Part shown: positions 20,188 to 29,813 of the stretch, piece by piece
Layout: every line of letters begins with the position of its first letter
Numbering within the stretch: position 1 is the stretch's first letter
Translations under genes and position numbers: made by a program
Notes under the pieces: generated by a model
Databases searched by the model: none
What the model was told of the DNA's origin: nothing
What the model saw: the letters and a program-made list of their open reading frames with translations, nothing else
Assembly (NCBI GenBank): GCA_965140585.1
Contig: OZ223267.1
Span: 416,001 to 480,000, forward strand
From: Spirochaetia bacterium
GTDB lineage: Bacteria; Spirochaetota; Spirochaetia; UBA9216
DNA length: 64,000 bases
Reading direction: 5' to 3'

Positions 20188-22092
20188 TTACTTTCTCAGC
20201 AATTGAATATTTCCATCTATCTCAGTAATTCTCAGTTCAATCTTCTCGCCAGAGACGATACTTAAATCCAGTCTTGTTCTGGATCCCCATCTTGATGCTT
20301 CAAACCTGTAGCGTCCCGGAGCCAGGTTCATAATCCCGGGAATGCTGTCATGCAGATTCCATGCTTCCATCCTTGTCACAGGACTTCCGCTGCTGTTATC
20401 TTCCAGATATAAATCAATCCATGATGTCCCGTTCACCGTCAAATCAATATTCTCATTACCTGTATCAAGACTAATAAGAGCCGGTTCCGGCAGGAGTACC
20501 GCTTCAATCTTCAAATCCCTGATTTCTTCTCCCAGAAAAAGGGAATAATCCTGTCCTATATATCCGTCAGCCGTCAGTCTGAAAAGATGAACATCTCCCG
20601 ATTCGATATTTGTTATATCTGAAAATGGAATGAACCCCCGGTTGGTTTTCATGCTTATCTGCGTATCAGGACCGATATCTTTCCCGCTCACTGCATCTCT
20701 GATGTCGAGAGCTACTGACAGTTCTGATGGCGCCGGCTCAGGAATACTGAAGGTTTTTACAGTTTCAGGATAAATATCCGATCCGCTGTGAAGCCTTTTC
20801 TGTTCTCTACCGGCCGGGAGATATACCGAGCCCCAGAAGATATCGGGACCGCAGGTAATTTTAATTCGGTATATCCCTGTTTTCAGATACAGGGGCAGCG
20901 TTGAGAATGTAGAACCTGTGTTTTCAGAATTTATAAACTTAGGAATCTTAAAAATTGACGGTTTTACCACAAGCGGAATTTCAGCGTTTTTTTCCGAAAA
21001 AACAGCGGCTGAAACCGGCAGATTATGAAAGTAACCTGCATTTTCGGGTAATGAAAAAGTTATCCTTAGTCTGCCGTCTGTACTTCCTTTAAAAAGGGGA
21101 TGAAATACCGTACTCTTAATTCCTGCAGTGAACAGAATAGCAACTGCCGCCATAGCAATGACGGATCGAGTGACTATTCTTATCAGGTTTTTCCTGGGTT
21201 TTAGAAGCTGCTCATTTTCTTCCAGACGTACCATAGAGCCTAGTTTTTCGCGAATAGCTTCTTTCTCGTAGTATTTGAGCAGCTTTTCGGTTCTTTTAAT
21301 TATCTGCTCTACCGTTTGATACCTTCCTTTCGGAGAGGTCTTCATACAGCCTCTGATAATTCTTACAAGCTGCCTCGATATTTCGGGAACATATTTTCTC
21401 GGGTTCCGGTATATTCCTTTCTGCTTTGCATGTATCAGTTCCGGAGAGAAACCGCCGGTAAAGGGCTGTTTTCCTGTGAGCATCTCGTATGCCATTACCC
21501 CCAGAGCATAAATATCAGCCCTTGCGTCTACATTCCTTGAATTTTGAAATTGTTCGGGAGCCATATAGGACGGTGTGCCCAGTGTCATCCCTTCACGGGT
21601 CAGTCCTGAATCTACATCTTCGGTCGATGCCGCAATTCCAAAGTCTGCGAGCTTGATTGCACCGTCTCTTGAAAGCAGCAGATTGGCGGGTTTTATATCC
21701 CTGTGTACTACGCCGCGCTTATGCGCATAACCAAGTGCCCTGGCACAGTGCAGCAGGATATATGCCGCCGTAACTGAATCAAGGTATCTGTGTTCTTTGA
21801 TAAGTCCTTCAAGAGAAGTTCCCTCAACATATTCCATGACAATGAAGTAAGAACTGCCCTCCTTGAAATGATCGAATACCGTGACAATATCATCATGTCT
21901 AAAATCCATCAGAATTCTGGCTTCGCGCTTAAAGCGTTCGGAGAAGGCCGATTTTCCACGAAGGGTAAGTTTTTTAAGGATTACGGGTCTGTTAAGAGTA
22001 GGGTGCATGGCTTTGTAAACCGCGCCCATACCGCCCTTGGCAATAAGGTCAACCTCGCCGTATTTATCAATCTTCTCAGGCTCTTTTCCCAT
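20188..22092 (-). CDS. Hanks-type Ser/Thr kinase with TM helix and extracytoplasmic C-terminus
   Basis: GGMGAVY, HRDIKPAN, DFG, GTPSYMAPE and DIYALG motifs; TM near aa 305-325. Confidence 0.95.
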   Translation of the reverse strand: MGKEPEKIDKYGEVDLIAKGGMGAVYKAMHPTLNRPVILKKLTLRGKSAFSERFKREARILMDFRHDDIVTVFDHFKEGSSYFIVMEYVEGTSLEGLIKEHRYLDSVTAAYILLHCARALGYAHKRGVVHRDIKPANLLLSRDGAIKLADFGIAASTEDVDSGLTREGMTLGTPSYMAPEQFQNSRNVDARADIYALGVMAYEMLTGKQPFTGGFSPELIHAKQKGIYRNPRKYVPEISRQLVRIIRGCMKTSPKGRYQTVEQIIKRTEKLLKYYEKEAIREKLGSMVRLEENEQLLKPRKNLIRIVTRSVIAMAAVAILFTAGIKSTVFHPLFKGSTDGRLRITFSLPENAGYFHNLPVSAAVFSEKNAEIPLVVKPSIFKIPKFINSENTGSTFSTLPLYLKTGIYRIKITCGPDIFWGSVYLPAGREQKRLHSGSDIYPETVKTFSIPEPAPSELSVALDIRDAVSGKDIGPDTQISMKTNRGFIPFSDITNIESGDVHLFRLTADGYIGQDYSLFLGEEIRDLKIEAVLLPEPALISLDTGNENIDLTVNGTSWIDLYLEDNSSGSPVTRMEAWNLHDSIPGIMNLAPGRYRFEASRWGSRTRLDLSIVSGEKIELRITEIDGNIQLLRK

Positions 22093-22112
22093 AAATAGTT
22101 CTGTTCCTTATA

Positions 22113-23117
22113 TTAAATTCTGCTGATTCGGATAATCTGCTTGTGGGGAATAAAGTCTTCGCCCCTGAATACAACAGCCGCTATTTCCTCTGATGGATGA
22201 TTAATCTGTATATACCTGTCTGAAGCCCGAAGCGCATACAGACCGTTTACCGGCCTGTGTCCGCCGAAGCATAATGCTGTCGGATTTTCCGGAAAAAGAT
22301 TATCAAGTGTCTGTTCAACACTCCCTTCCTCTGCAGCTTCATTATCAGTCCAGGTCAGGCCGTAAAGAACCTCATCATCTTCGTAAGCATTTATCAATTC
22401 GTCGCGGCTGAAAGTGCGTACAGGTTCCGCATGTGTAACCAGAAACCTCTCACCGACAGCCGTAAGCGGTAGTGCTTTTTCATAGTCATAAATCAGATCG
22501 AAGCATTCTTTTCCAAGAAACTTCTCTGTCCATACTTTTACCATTTCACCTTCATTAACAAACTTTCTAAAAGGGTAGTTCCCTTCGCCCATCTCATTGG
22601 CGATATTCTCATGGTTTCCTTTAAGGAAAAAAAAGTTTTCCGGAAAACTCTGAAGCAGTACCAGAATCATCTGCAGCAGCCTCAGATTGTCGGACATCTC
22701 CTGATCCATGGACCCATGTTTAACAAAACCTTCCATAAATTCTACATAAGCCAGGGACCATCTGCCTCTGACTCTTGCTTCACCATGAAAGGCGTCTCCT
22801 ACACAGACTACATTAGCTGTGCCCTGGGCGAGCATCCGAAGAAACGAATCCCCTTTTACAAGCGGTATTGTAAGTGCATTGTACAGGAAATCACGTCTTC
22901 CATGAAGATCCGGAATAATTAATGTGGGCATCTCCGGTTTAAGAGAGATAAGGCTTCCCGGCTCTCCGGATGAGGCGGTGGGGCGAATTTCATCAGATAG
23001 TCCCTTGAGACTGTCTATTGTTTTTCTGAGTTCTGTGGCAAGTGCCGCACCCTTGGGGGTGGAGGCACTGTCACGTAATCGAGCTAATAATGAACTGACA
23101 ACTTTAAAGGTATTCAT
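22113..23117 (-). CDS. Calcineurin-like metallophosphoesterase (putative PPP-type phosphatase)
   Basis: DLHG, GDAFHG, GNHE, THA and GGH motifs. Confidence 0.85.
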   Translation of the reverse strand: MNTFKVVSSLLARLRDSASTPKGAALATELRKTIDSLKGLSDEIRPTASSGEPGSLISLKPEMPTLIIPDLHGRRDFLYNALTIPLVKGDSFLRMLAQGTANVVCVGDAFHGEARVRGRWSLAYVEFMEGFVKHGSMDQEMSDNLRLLQMILVLLQSFPENFFFLKGNHENIANEMGEGNYPFRKFVNEGEMVKVWTEKFLGKECFDLIYDYEKALPLTAVGERFLVTHAEPVRTFSRDELINAYEDDEVLYGLTWTDNEAAEEGSVEQTLDNLFPENPTALCFGGHRPVNGLYALRASDRYIQINHPSEEIAAVVFRGEDFIPHKQIIRISRI

Positions 23118-23127
23118 CAGTTAAGAA

Positions 23128-23664
23128 TTATTCTCCGGCAATAATTGTTCTATTTACTTCAGTAAAATCTTCGGCAAGTATCTGTGTAACTTCAGCCAGC
23201 TGTTCTTCTTCATCTTCGGCTTCTAGCTCATCAGAGAATACTGCCATCTTATATATCGGCGAACTGCTCTTAACAGGACCGGATTTAAATTTTACTGATT
23301 CACCGGCCTGTACCATTGCATCAAGAACTGCATCTTCCGATTCTGCAAACTCTGGAACATCTTCCCTCATTCCGATGCTTGCATATGTTGCTGTTCTTTT
23401 GCCGTCTACAATTGGCCCTACAGAAAGAAGTGAACCTGAATAGGTAAGCAGAAGAACGCCGCCGTTTTCATCGTAGGGATCGAATTCGTCGACCATTTCC
23501 ATTTTTCTTACCAGGATCTGATGAACAAAGGCATCTTCTTTTTCTTTCCATGCTCTTGCCAGTGTTTCAAGAGCTTCACCGTCATCTTCAATTTTTACCG
23601 ATTTCCTAAGACTGCTGATATGATCAGCAACTTTCGGATCCAATTCATCAAAATATTCTGCCAT
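23128..23664 (-). CDS. Acidic hypothetical protein; paralog of the N-terminal domain of 23793..24656
   Basis: GGAGG RBS. Shares W.EK...F..Q, LT.SGSL.S..P, Y.SI..R.DVP, F..G.V...SP and F...NR with its neighbour. Confidence 0.85.
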   Translation of the reverse strand: MAEYFDELDPKVADHISSLRKSVKIEDDGEALETLARAWKEKEDAFVHQILVRKMEMVDEFDPYDENGGVLLLTYSGSLLSVGPIVDGKRTATYASIGMREDVPEFAESEDAVLDAMVQAGESVKFKSGPVKSSSPIYKMAVFSDELEAEDEEEQLAEVTQILAEDFTEVNRTIIAGE

Positions 23665-23792
23665 TTTGCATCCTCCATCCTCGTTAATTTATACCGGTTT
23701 TCCAGAAAATTCCAAAAAAATCGGAAAAATTTGAAAAATGTTGTATAATTAAGCTGTACAAAGCCTAATACATATGGAAAACAGGAGGCAGT

Positions 23793-24656
23793 ATGGCTTT
23801 TAATAAATTACCTGCGGATATACAGAAACACATCACCGGACTCGTAAAACTTATTCCGGATGCCGGGGAGGATACGCTGGAGTTGTACTCTGACGTATGG
23901 ATGGAAAAGGACAGGATGTTCAGGAGCCAGATGTCCTCAGTCGGCATGAAGCTGGTTGAGACTGCAGATCCCGGAGAGGGAAACGGAATCCTTGCCCTGA
24001 CCAATTCCGGTTCACTTGTAAGTCTGAGCCCCGGAAAAGAAGAGCGGGTTCTTGAATATTCAAGTATTAAACTGCGAACAGATGTCCCGGATATAATTAT
24101 AGATAAAATATCGAAGCTCCCGGAATCTATCAAAAACGGAATGCCTGTGGTTTTTCCTGAGGGCCGGGTAAGCAGAACCAGCCCGGTGCATCTGATAGCA
24201 GTCTGTACTTCAGAGGTTCCGCAGGAAGAGCAGTACAAGCGAGTCAGGGAAGCCACAATCTTTTTAACCAACGGATTTATGAAACTTAACCGCAGCCTTC
24301 ATCTTGATCCTGCAAATGTTCCGGATCAGTACACTATGAAAAGCATGGTCAGGTATGTAGCTAAAAAGAACAGTATGACCGCCGGAGATGTGAAGACTGT
24401 AATTGATGACTTTCTGTATCTCATCGAAACAGGCTTAACACTTGGTGAAACTGTACCGCTGGGAAGAATAGGACGGTTCAGTGCTAAGAAAAAGGATGCT
24501 CAGAAGGCAAGAATCGTAAGACATCCGGCTACCGGTGAAGAGATTACAGTAGAAGCCAAACCATCAATTGTAGTGCCCAAAATATCTTTCTCCAGCTATC
24601 TTAAGGAACAGCTTGCCGAGCTGCCGGCATCAGAGAATGATACGATAGAACGCTGA
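23793..24656 (+). CDS. Unrecognised N-terminal domain fused to an HU/IHF-like DNA-binding domain
   Basis: The C-terminal ~95 aa match the HU/IHF pattern (LTLGETVPLGRIGRF, ARIVRHPATGEEITV, PKISFSSYLKE). AGGAGG RBS. Confidence 0.88.
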   Translation: MAFNKLPADIQKHITGLVKLIPDAGEDTLELYSDVWMEKDRMFRSQMSSVGMKLVETADPGEGNGILALTNSGSLVSLSPGKEERVLEYSSIKLRTDVPDIIIDKISKLPESIKNGMPVVFPEGRVSRTSPVHLIAVCTSEVPQEEQYKRVREATIFLTNGFMKLNRSLHLDPANVPDQYTMKSMVRYVAKKNSMTAGDVKTVIDDFLYLIETGLTLGETVPLGRIGRFSAKKKDAQKARIVRHPATGEEITVEAKPSIVVPKISFSSYLKEQLAELPASENDTIER

Positions 24657-24688
24657 CTTTTTTTTAAGAACAGTTTATTCTACAGTAT

Positions 24689-26857
24689 ATGAGCAGTCCA
24701 TTTCTTTCAGCATCAGAGAAAAACCGTGGTCTTAAGCACCATTACCGTCACCAGCTGTTAAACGGCATCGGATTTAACTTTCTGGGTGATACGCCTGTAT
24801 ACCTCCTGGCTTTATATTTCGGGGCAAGCAATACAGAGCTTGGATTTATAAGTTCGGTTCTATATGTTGCAGGTATTCTTCTTTCAATTACCCCAAGGCT
24901 GCTTGCCGGTAAAGATATTGTAAAAATTCAGTATCTTGCATGGCTTATTCGCGGATTTCTCTGTCTTTCCTACGCCGCCCTGTTTTTCTTACAGGGACGA
25001 GCGGCTGTATGGCTGATTCTGATAACATATACGCTTTTCTGCTCATCGCGAATCGTGGGAGCATCTATGTATCAGCCGCTGATCAGGATGATTTCCACAA
25101 CCCGCAACCGGGGCAATGTTCTTGCCGGATCTTCGCTTAGATTTCAGATTTCGGCCACTCTTTCAAAGGTAATAAGTTTTGCAGTTACATCACTAAAGCA
25201 GCTGGGCGGAGTGTCCGGAATCCTTTTTATGACTCTTGGCGGTGTGATCATTAATACATTAGCCGCGCTTGAGATAAAAAAAATTCCCTGTAGGGAGAAA
25301 GTCAGATATAAAAAAGGAAGAAATGTATTTGTTATCTTTCTTGAATCTGTGAAAGTAAAAAATCTGCGGCAGCGAATACTTCTTTCAATAATCAACGCAG
25401 GGCTGATAGTAATTTTCGGGTTTGCTGTTCCGTTTCTGCGTAATGATGCCGGGTTTTCAAACTCCGAAGTCTTTCTAGTGACAGTGACCGCCGGGGTTGC
25501 TACCATTGCTTCTGCATATTTTTCAAAGGGTTTTGCGGATCGCCTGGGCAGCCGTCCGCTTATAATCTGGGTAATTGTACTTCTTACAGCCGCGTCACTT
25601 CTCTGGGCTTTACTTCCGTATACTCCCTACAAGGCTGTCTATTATTTCGCTCTTTTTCTTTCAACGTTTTTTCTCAGAGCCAATGACCTTCTGGTAAACA
25701 GGCTTATTGTAGGAAGTATGCCGGAAAATGATTCGGTTGGTTTTTCAAGTATGCTGAATTTTTTTATAGCTTTCTTTGCCCTGATAATCGGTCTCACTGG
25801 CGGAAAGCTGGCGGATTTTTCCAAAAGCAGTGACTCTTTTGCGGCTGTAAATGGGTATTCCTTCACCTTTATTTTTGCGGCAGTACTCTGCCTGTTTTCT
25901 CTGTTTATTTCGCTCAGGATAAAAGAAAGCGGTTCTATTTCGCCAGCTGAAGCAGCTGCCATAATTTTTTCACCGTCAAACCTTTCGACATATCAGAGTA
26001 TTTCCAAACTCGATTCAACCGAAAACGCAATTCAGCGGAAGACACTTCTGATGAATATTGGTCTGAATAATTCCAAAATGGCAACGGATGAAATCCGAAA
26101 CATTTTATCCAGCCCTCTCTCTTCCGATAAAGGTGAACTTATTACTTCACTGTATACGAACCATAGGCCTATTCTTCTTCCTGAACTTCTGCATGAAGCT
26201 GAGGAACCTTATTCATATCACCGGTTGAAGGCTATATTTGCTCTGGGTGCATATCCCTCTGTTGAAACCCAGGAGCTGCTTTTAAGGCTGCTTGACGATC
26301 CGGATCCGGCTGTTGTTTCAAATGCAGCAAAATCTCTAGGCAGAATAGGCTGTACAACCGCTTATGATAAGGTAAAAAAACTTGCAGCATCTCCGACTAC
26401 GATCTGGAACACGCTCAATTTTATTATTGCCATGTATCATCTTGATACTGAGGGTGAATATCTGAATGATATCTTCTCGGAAGACAAAACAGTCAACGGG
26501 GATGCTTTTAACCAGACTGTGTACAGTCTTTATGCAAACCTGTATCAGATGGAGCCGCCGCTCTCAGTTATTTTCCAGGAGAGAAATATGATGAAGGGGC
26601 AGGGGCTTCGGGATTTCCTGGATGAGGCACGTGAAGAGGAGAAATTCCTTCATAATCATCGAAATTTTCTTGAGTGGTTCAGGGATGATGAACTCGAAAA
26701 TATCTGGAACCTCTGTAAAGATATTCTTCAGCCGAAGACTGTCCCTGACTATTATTCGGGCATAAAAAAAAGCATCATCAAATTCCCTTCCGACAAAGGA
26801 GCTTATGATGATGCTTTAGCAGCAGTATATTTTACATATCAGCTGCTTAAGATGTAG
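24689..26857 (+). CDS. MFS-like transporter with C-terminal HEAT-repeat domain
   Basis: About 12 TM helices with ADRLGSRP; C-terminal AIFALG...LLDDPDPAVVSNAAKSLGRIG. Confidence 0.8.
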   Translation: MSSPFLSASEKNRGLKHHYRHQLLNGIGFNFLGDTPVYLLALYFGASNTELGFISSVLYVAGILLSITPRLLAGKDIVKIQYLAWLIRGFLCLSYAALFFLQGRAAVWLILITYTLFCSSRIVGASMYQPLIRMISTTRNRGNVLAGSSLRFQISATLSKVISFAVTSLKQLGGVSGILFMTLGGVIINTLAALEIKKIPCREKVRYKKGRNVFVIFLESVKVKNLRQRILLSIINAGLIVIFGFAVPFLRNDAGFSNSEVFLVTVTAGVATIASAYFSKGFADRLGSRPLIIWVIVLLTAASLLWALLPYTPYKAVYYFALFLSTFFLRANDLLVNRLIVGSMPENDSVGFSSMLNFFIAFFALIIGLTGGKLADFSKSSDSFAAVNGYSFTFIFAAVLCLFSLFISLRIKESGSISPAEAAAIIFSPSNLSTYQSISKLDSTENAIQRKTLLMNIGLNNSKMATDEIRNILSSPLSSDKGELITSLYTNHRPILLPELLHEAEEPYSYHRLKAIFALGAYPSVETQELLLRLLDDPDPAVVSNAAKSLGRIGCTTAYDKVKKLAASPTTIWNTLNFIIAMYHLDTEGEYLNDIFSEDKTVNGDAFNQTVYSLYANLYQMEPPLSVIFQERNMMKGQGLRDFLDEAREEEKFLHNHRNFLEWFRDDELENIWNLCKDILQPKTVPDYYSGIKKSIIKFPSDKGAYDDALAAVYFTYQLLKM

Positions 26858-26887
26858 CCCTGTTTTCAATTCAATCAGGCAACAGGA

Positions 26888-26938
26888 TTTTTACATTCAA
26901 CTTTTTACAATTAACCTTTTTTTACAATTAACCTTTTT
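26888..26938. repeat. Short tandem repeat TTTTTACA(A/T)T(T/C)AAC x3
   Basis: Copies at 26888-26901, 26902-26916 and 26919-26933 in an AT-rich intergenic region. Confidence 0.65.
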
Positions 26939-27124
26939 CTTTGTTTTTAATTTCAATTTTTAAATTATCTTAACTTTTTTTGTTTTTCAAAAATAATGTC
27001 TTATTTTCTAATAGAATTAGCACATATACAAGAAAAATGCTTACTTTTGGCATACCACTTTGGTGGTATATGTTAGTTTAGAGTCCTGATACTCATAAAA
27101 TATTAAAAGATGTTAAGTTTATAA

Positions 27125-27166
27125 TTGACTATTGATTAAGCTGTCCTTATATTTAAGTAAACTTAA
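27125..27166 (+). promoter_or_regulatory. Sigma70 promoter with probable MarR operator
   Basis: TTGACT-17 nt-TATATT, followed by the palindrome TTAAGT-AA-ACTTAA (27153-27166) over the expected start site. Confidence 0.7.
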
Positions 27167-27189
27167 CTATTTGGACGGCTAACAGATCT

Positions 27190-27639
27190 ATGAATAAGCA
27201 GACAGAACTAAATACCGCACTTCAGAGACTAACAAGGATAAGCATGCAGAATTCAATGCGTGGGTTTATGTCAATGTCAAAAAAACTGAATTTATCAATG
27301 TCCCAGATAGGCGCAATGATGCATATAAACAGATGCAGGAGCTGCGGGGTTTCAAATATTGGCGAAGAACTGGGAATAACCAATGCAGCAAGCAGTCAGT
27401 TACTGGAAAGGCTTGTTCAAAACGGGTACATAATCAGGGTAGAGAATCCTGATGACAGAAGGGCAAAAAAAATAGAACTGACCGAAAAGGGAACAAAACT
27501 AATAAAACAGGGTAATCGGATTCGTTACGATTGGATAAGCGGCCTGACAGAAAGCTTTTCCGAAGATGAATTGGATGCTGTTTTAAATGGAGTGAATATA
27601 TTGGTAAGAAAAGCAAATGAAATGGAGTATGCAGAATGA
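27190..27639 (+). CDS. MarR family regulator
   Basis: wHTH with the DDRRAKKIELTEKG wing motif. Confidence 0.93.
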   Translation: MNKQTELNTALQRLTRISMQNSMRGFMSMSKKLNLSMSQIGAMMHINRCRSCGVSNIGEELGITNAASSQLLERLVQNGYIIRVENPDDRRAKKIELTEKGTKLIKQGNRIRYDWISGLTESFSEDELDAVLNGVNILVRKANEMEYAE

Positions 27640-29813
27640 TCTTAAAACTTGGTAAATACTTAAAGCCATACCTCCCGGCAGTACTGTTTTCAATACTGCT
27701 TCTATTTATTCAGGCTAACGCAGATCTTGCTCTACCTGACTATATGTCAAAAATTGTTAATACAGGTATCCAGCAGGGCGGCATAGACAGCTCGGTCCCT
27801 GTAGCAATGAGTGAAGATGGCATGTCGTTATTGAAGCTTTTTATGACTGATGAGGATATTGGAACAGTAGAGTCGGCATATGTGAAAACTGAGGTTAATA
27901 CCGATGTCCTCATTGAAACTTATCCGGCAGCTGAGAGCGAAAATATCTACCTGTTGAGATCGGTTGATGAGACATTGCTTGATGAATTAAGCCATCTTAT
28001 GGCTCCGGCGCTGATAGCCGCAGGGAATATCGATAAAATGCCCATCCCTGAAGGGGCTGATCCTGCCGCTCTGCTTAGTGCCATGAGTTCAGAACAGCGT
28101 CTGATGATTCTTGAACAGATGACTTCATCAATACAGGCTATGTCGCCTACTATGATTGAACAGGCTGCCGTAAGTTCTGTAAAGGCAGAATATGATGCTC
28201 TGGGGATGGATACAGCTTCGATACAGCACAAATATATTCTTAGAATCGGAGGGCAGATGCTTCTGCTCACTCTTGTTGCCGCTTTTTGCACAATTATAGT
28301 CGGTTTTCTTGCTTCACGGGTTGCTGCCGGATTTTCCAGAGATCTGCGTTCAAGCATCTTTGAAAAGGTTGAAAATTTCTCAAGCCGTGAATTCGACAAG
28401 TTTTCGACAGCTTCTCTTATCACGCGAAGCACCAACGATATTACCCAGCTTCAGATGGTTATAGTCATGCTGATAAGAATGGTTTTCTATGCTCCGATTA
28501 TAGGAGTCGGCGGTATAATAAGGGCTATCGGAAAGAACTCCTCCATGTGGTGGGTTATCGCCTCTGCCGTAGGAGCACTCAGCCTTATAGTGATATTCAT
28601 GTATTTTGTGGCCATTCCCAAATTCAAGCTGATGCAGAAACTTGTAGACCGGCTTAACCTTGTCAGCCGTGAGGGGCTTTCGGGTATGCTTGTTATTCGT
28701 GCATTCAATATGCAGCCTCATGAGGAAAAACGGTTTGAGAAGGCAAACAGTGATCTCACTGATAATACTCTTTTTGTAAACCGTATTATGGTATTTATGA
28801 TGCCGCTGATGATGCTGATAATGAACGGACTCTCGCTTATAATCATCTGGGTCGGTGCTCACCAGATAGCAGACTCGGCAATGCAGGTCGGCGATATGAT
28901 GGCCTTCCTTCAGTATGCCATGCAGATAGTAATGTCCTTTCTGATGATGTCCATGATGTTCATCATGCTCCCCAGAGCTGCAGTTTCAGCTGTCAGAATA
29001 GCAGAGGTAATAGAAACTGAACCCACTATTAACGATCCGGAGAAACCGGAAAACTTTGACGATAATTTTAAACCGGAAATTGTTTTTGATAATGTTTCTT
29101 TTAAATATCCAGGAGCTCCCGAAAATGTACTTGATAAGATTAGTTTTACTGCAAAACCGGGACAGACTACAGCAGTTATCGGTGCAACAGGTTCAGGTAA
29201 ATCAACACTGGTTAACCTTATTCCCAGATTCTACGATGTTACCGAGGGTACAATAAAAATTGACGGGCTTGATATCCGTCATCTGACTCAGCATGATCTG
29301 CGCGATAAAATAGGTTTTGTTCCGCAGAAGTCAACACTGTTTTCAGGAACAGTAGAATCCAATTTGAAGTATGCAGATGAGAATGCCTCAGTTGACTTTG
29401 TGGCGGATGCTGCTGAAGTTGCCCAGGCTGCGGAGTTTATCAGTAAACTTGATGACGGATTTGATTCTCCCGTTTCCCAGGGAGGAAGTAATCTTTCCGG
29501 CGGTCAGAAACAGCGGTTGTCAATTGCAAGGGCGCTTGTAAAGAAGCCGCCTGTTTATATCTTTGACGACAGTTTCTCCGCACTTGACTACAAGACAGAC
29601 TCGGCGCTGAGGGAAGCTCTTGCATCACGCACCGAAAACAGCACTGTAATTATAGTTACACAGAGAGTTGCTACCGTAATGAGTGCAGACCAGATTATTG
29701 TTATGGAAGACGGCCGGGTTGAAGGCATAGGCACACACCGCGACCTGATGGAAAATTGTGAAACATACCGTGAAATTGCTACATCACAGCTGTCACTGGA
29801 GGAACTTCAATGA
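27636..29813 (+). CDS. ABC exporter half (TMD plus NBD), degenerate-site subunit
   Basis: GATGSGKST, LSGGQKQR, non-canonical Walker B FDDS and a Q in the switch motif (TQR). Confidence 0.93.
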   Translation: MILKLGKYLKPYLPAVLFSILLLFIQANADLALPDYMSKIVNTGIQQGGIDSSVPVAMSEDGMSLLKLFMTDEDIGTVESAYVKTEVNTDVLIETYPAAESENIYLLRSVDETLLDELSHLMAPALIAAGNIDKMPIPEGADPAALLSAMSSEQRLMILEQMTSSIQAMSPTMIEQAAVSSVKAEYDALGMDTASIQHKYILRIGGQMLLLTLVAAFCTIIVGFLASRVAAGFSRDLRSSIFEKVENFSSREFDKFSTASLITRSTNDITQLQMVIVMLIRMVFYAPIIGVGGIIRAIGKNSSMWWVIASAVGALSLIVIFMYFVAIPKFKLMQKLVDRLNLVSREGLSGMLVIRAFNMQPHEEKRFEKANSDLTDNTLFVNRIMVFMMPLMMLIMNGLSLIIIWVGAHQIADSAMQVGDMMAFLQYAMQIVMSFLMMSMMFIMLPRAAVSAVRIAEVIETEPTINDPEKPENFDDNFKPEIVFDNVSFKYPGAPENVLDKISFTAKPGQTTAVIGATGSGKSTLVNLIPRFYDVTEGTIKIDGLDIRHLTQHDLRDKIGFVPQKSTLFSGTVESNLKYADENASVDFVADAAEVAQAAEFISKLDDGFDSPVSQGGSNLSGGQKQRLSIARALVKKPPVYIFDDSFSALDYKTDSALREALASRTENSTVIIVTQRVATVMSADQIIVMEDGRVEGIGTHRDLMENCETYREIATSQLSLEELQ

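Noticed and set aside
17893-22092. Type VI secretion or TerY-triad reading of the kinase/FHA/vWA cluster
   Set aside because: There are no T6SS core genes or ter genes, the phosphatase is calcineurin-like rather than PP2C, and the vWA domain is exported.
26888-26938. CRISPR array
   Set aside because: The repeats are 14-17 nt, abutting, without spacers, and there are no cas genes.
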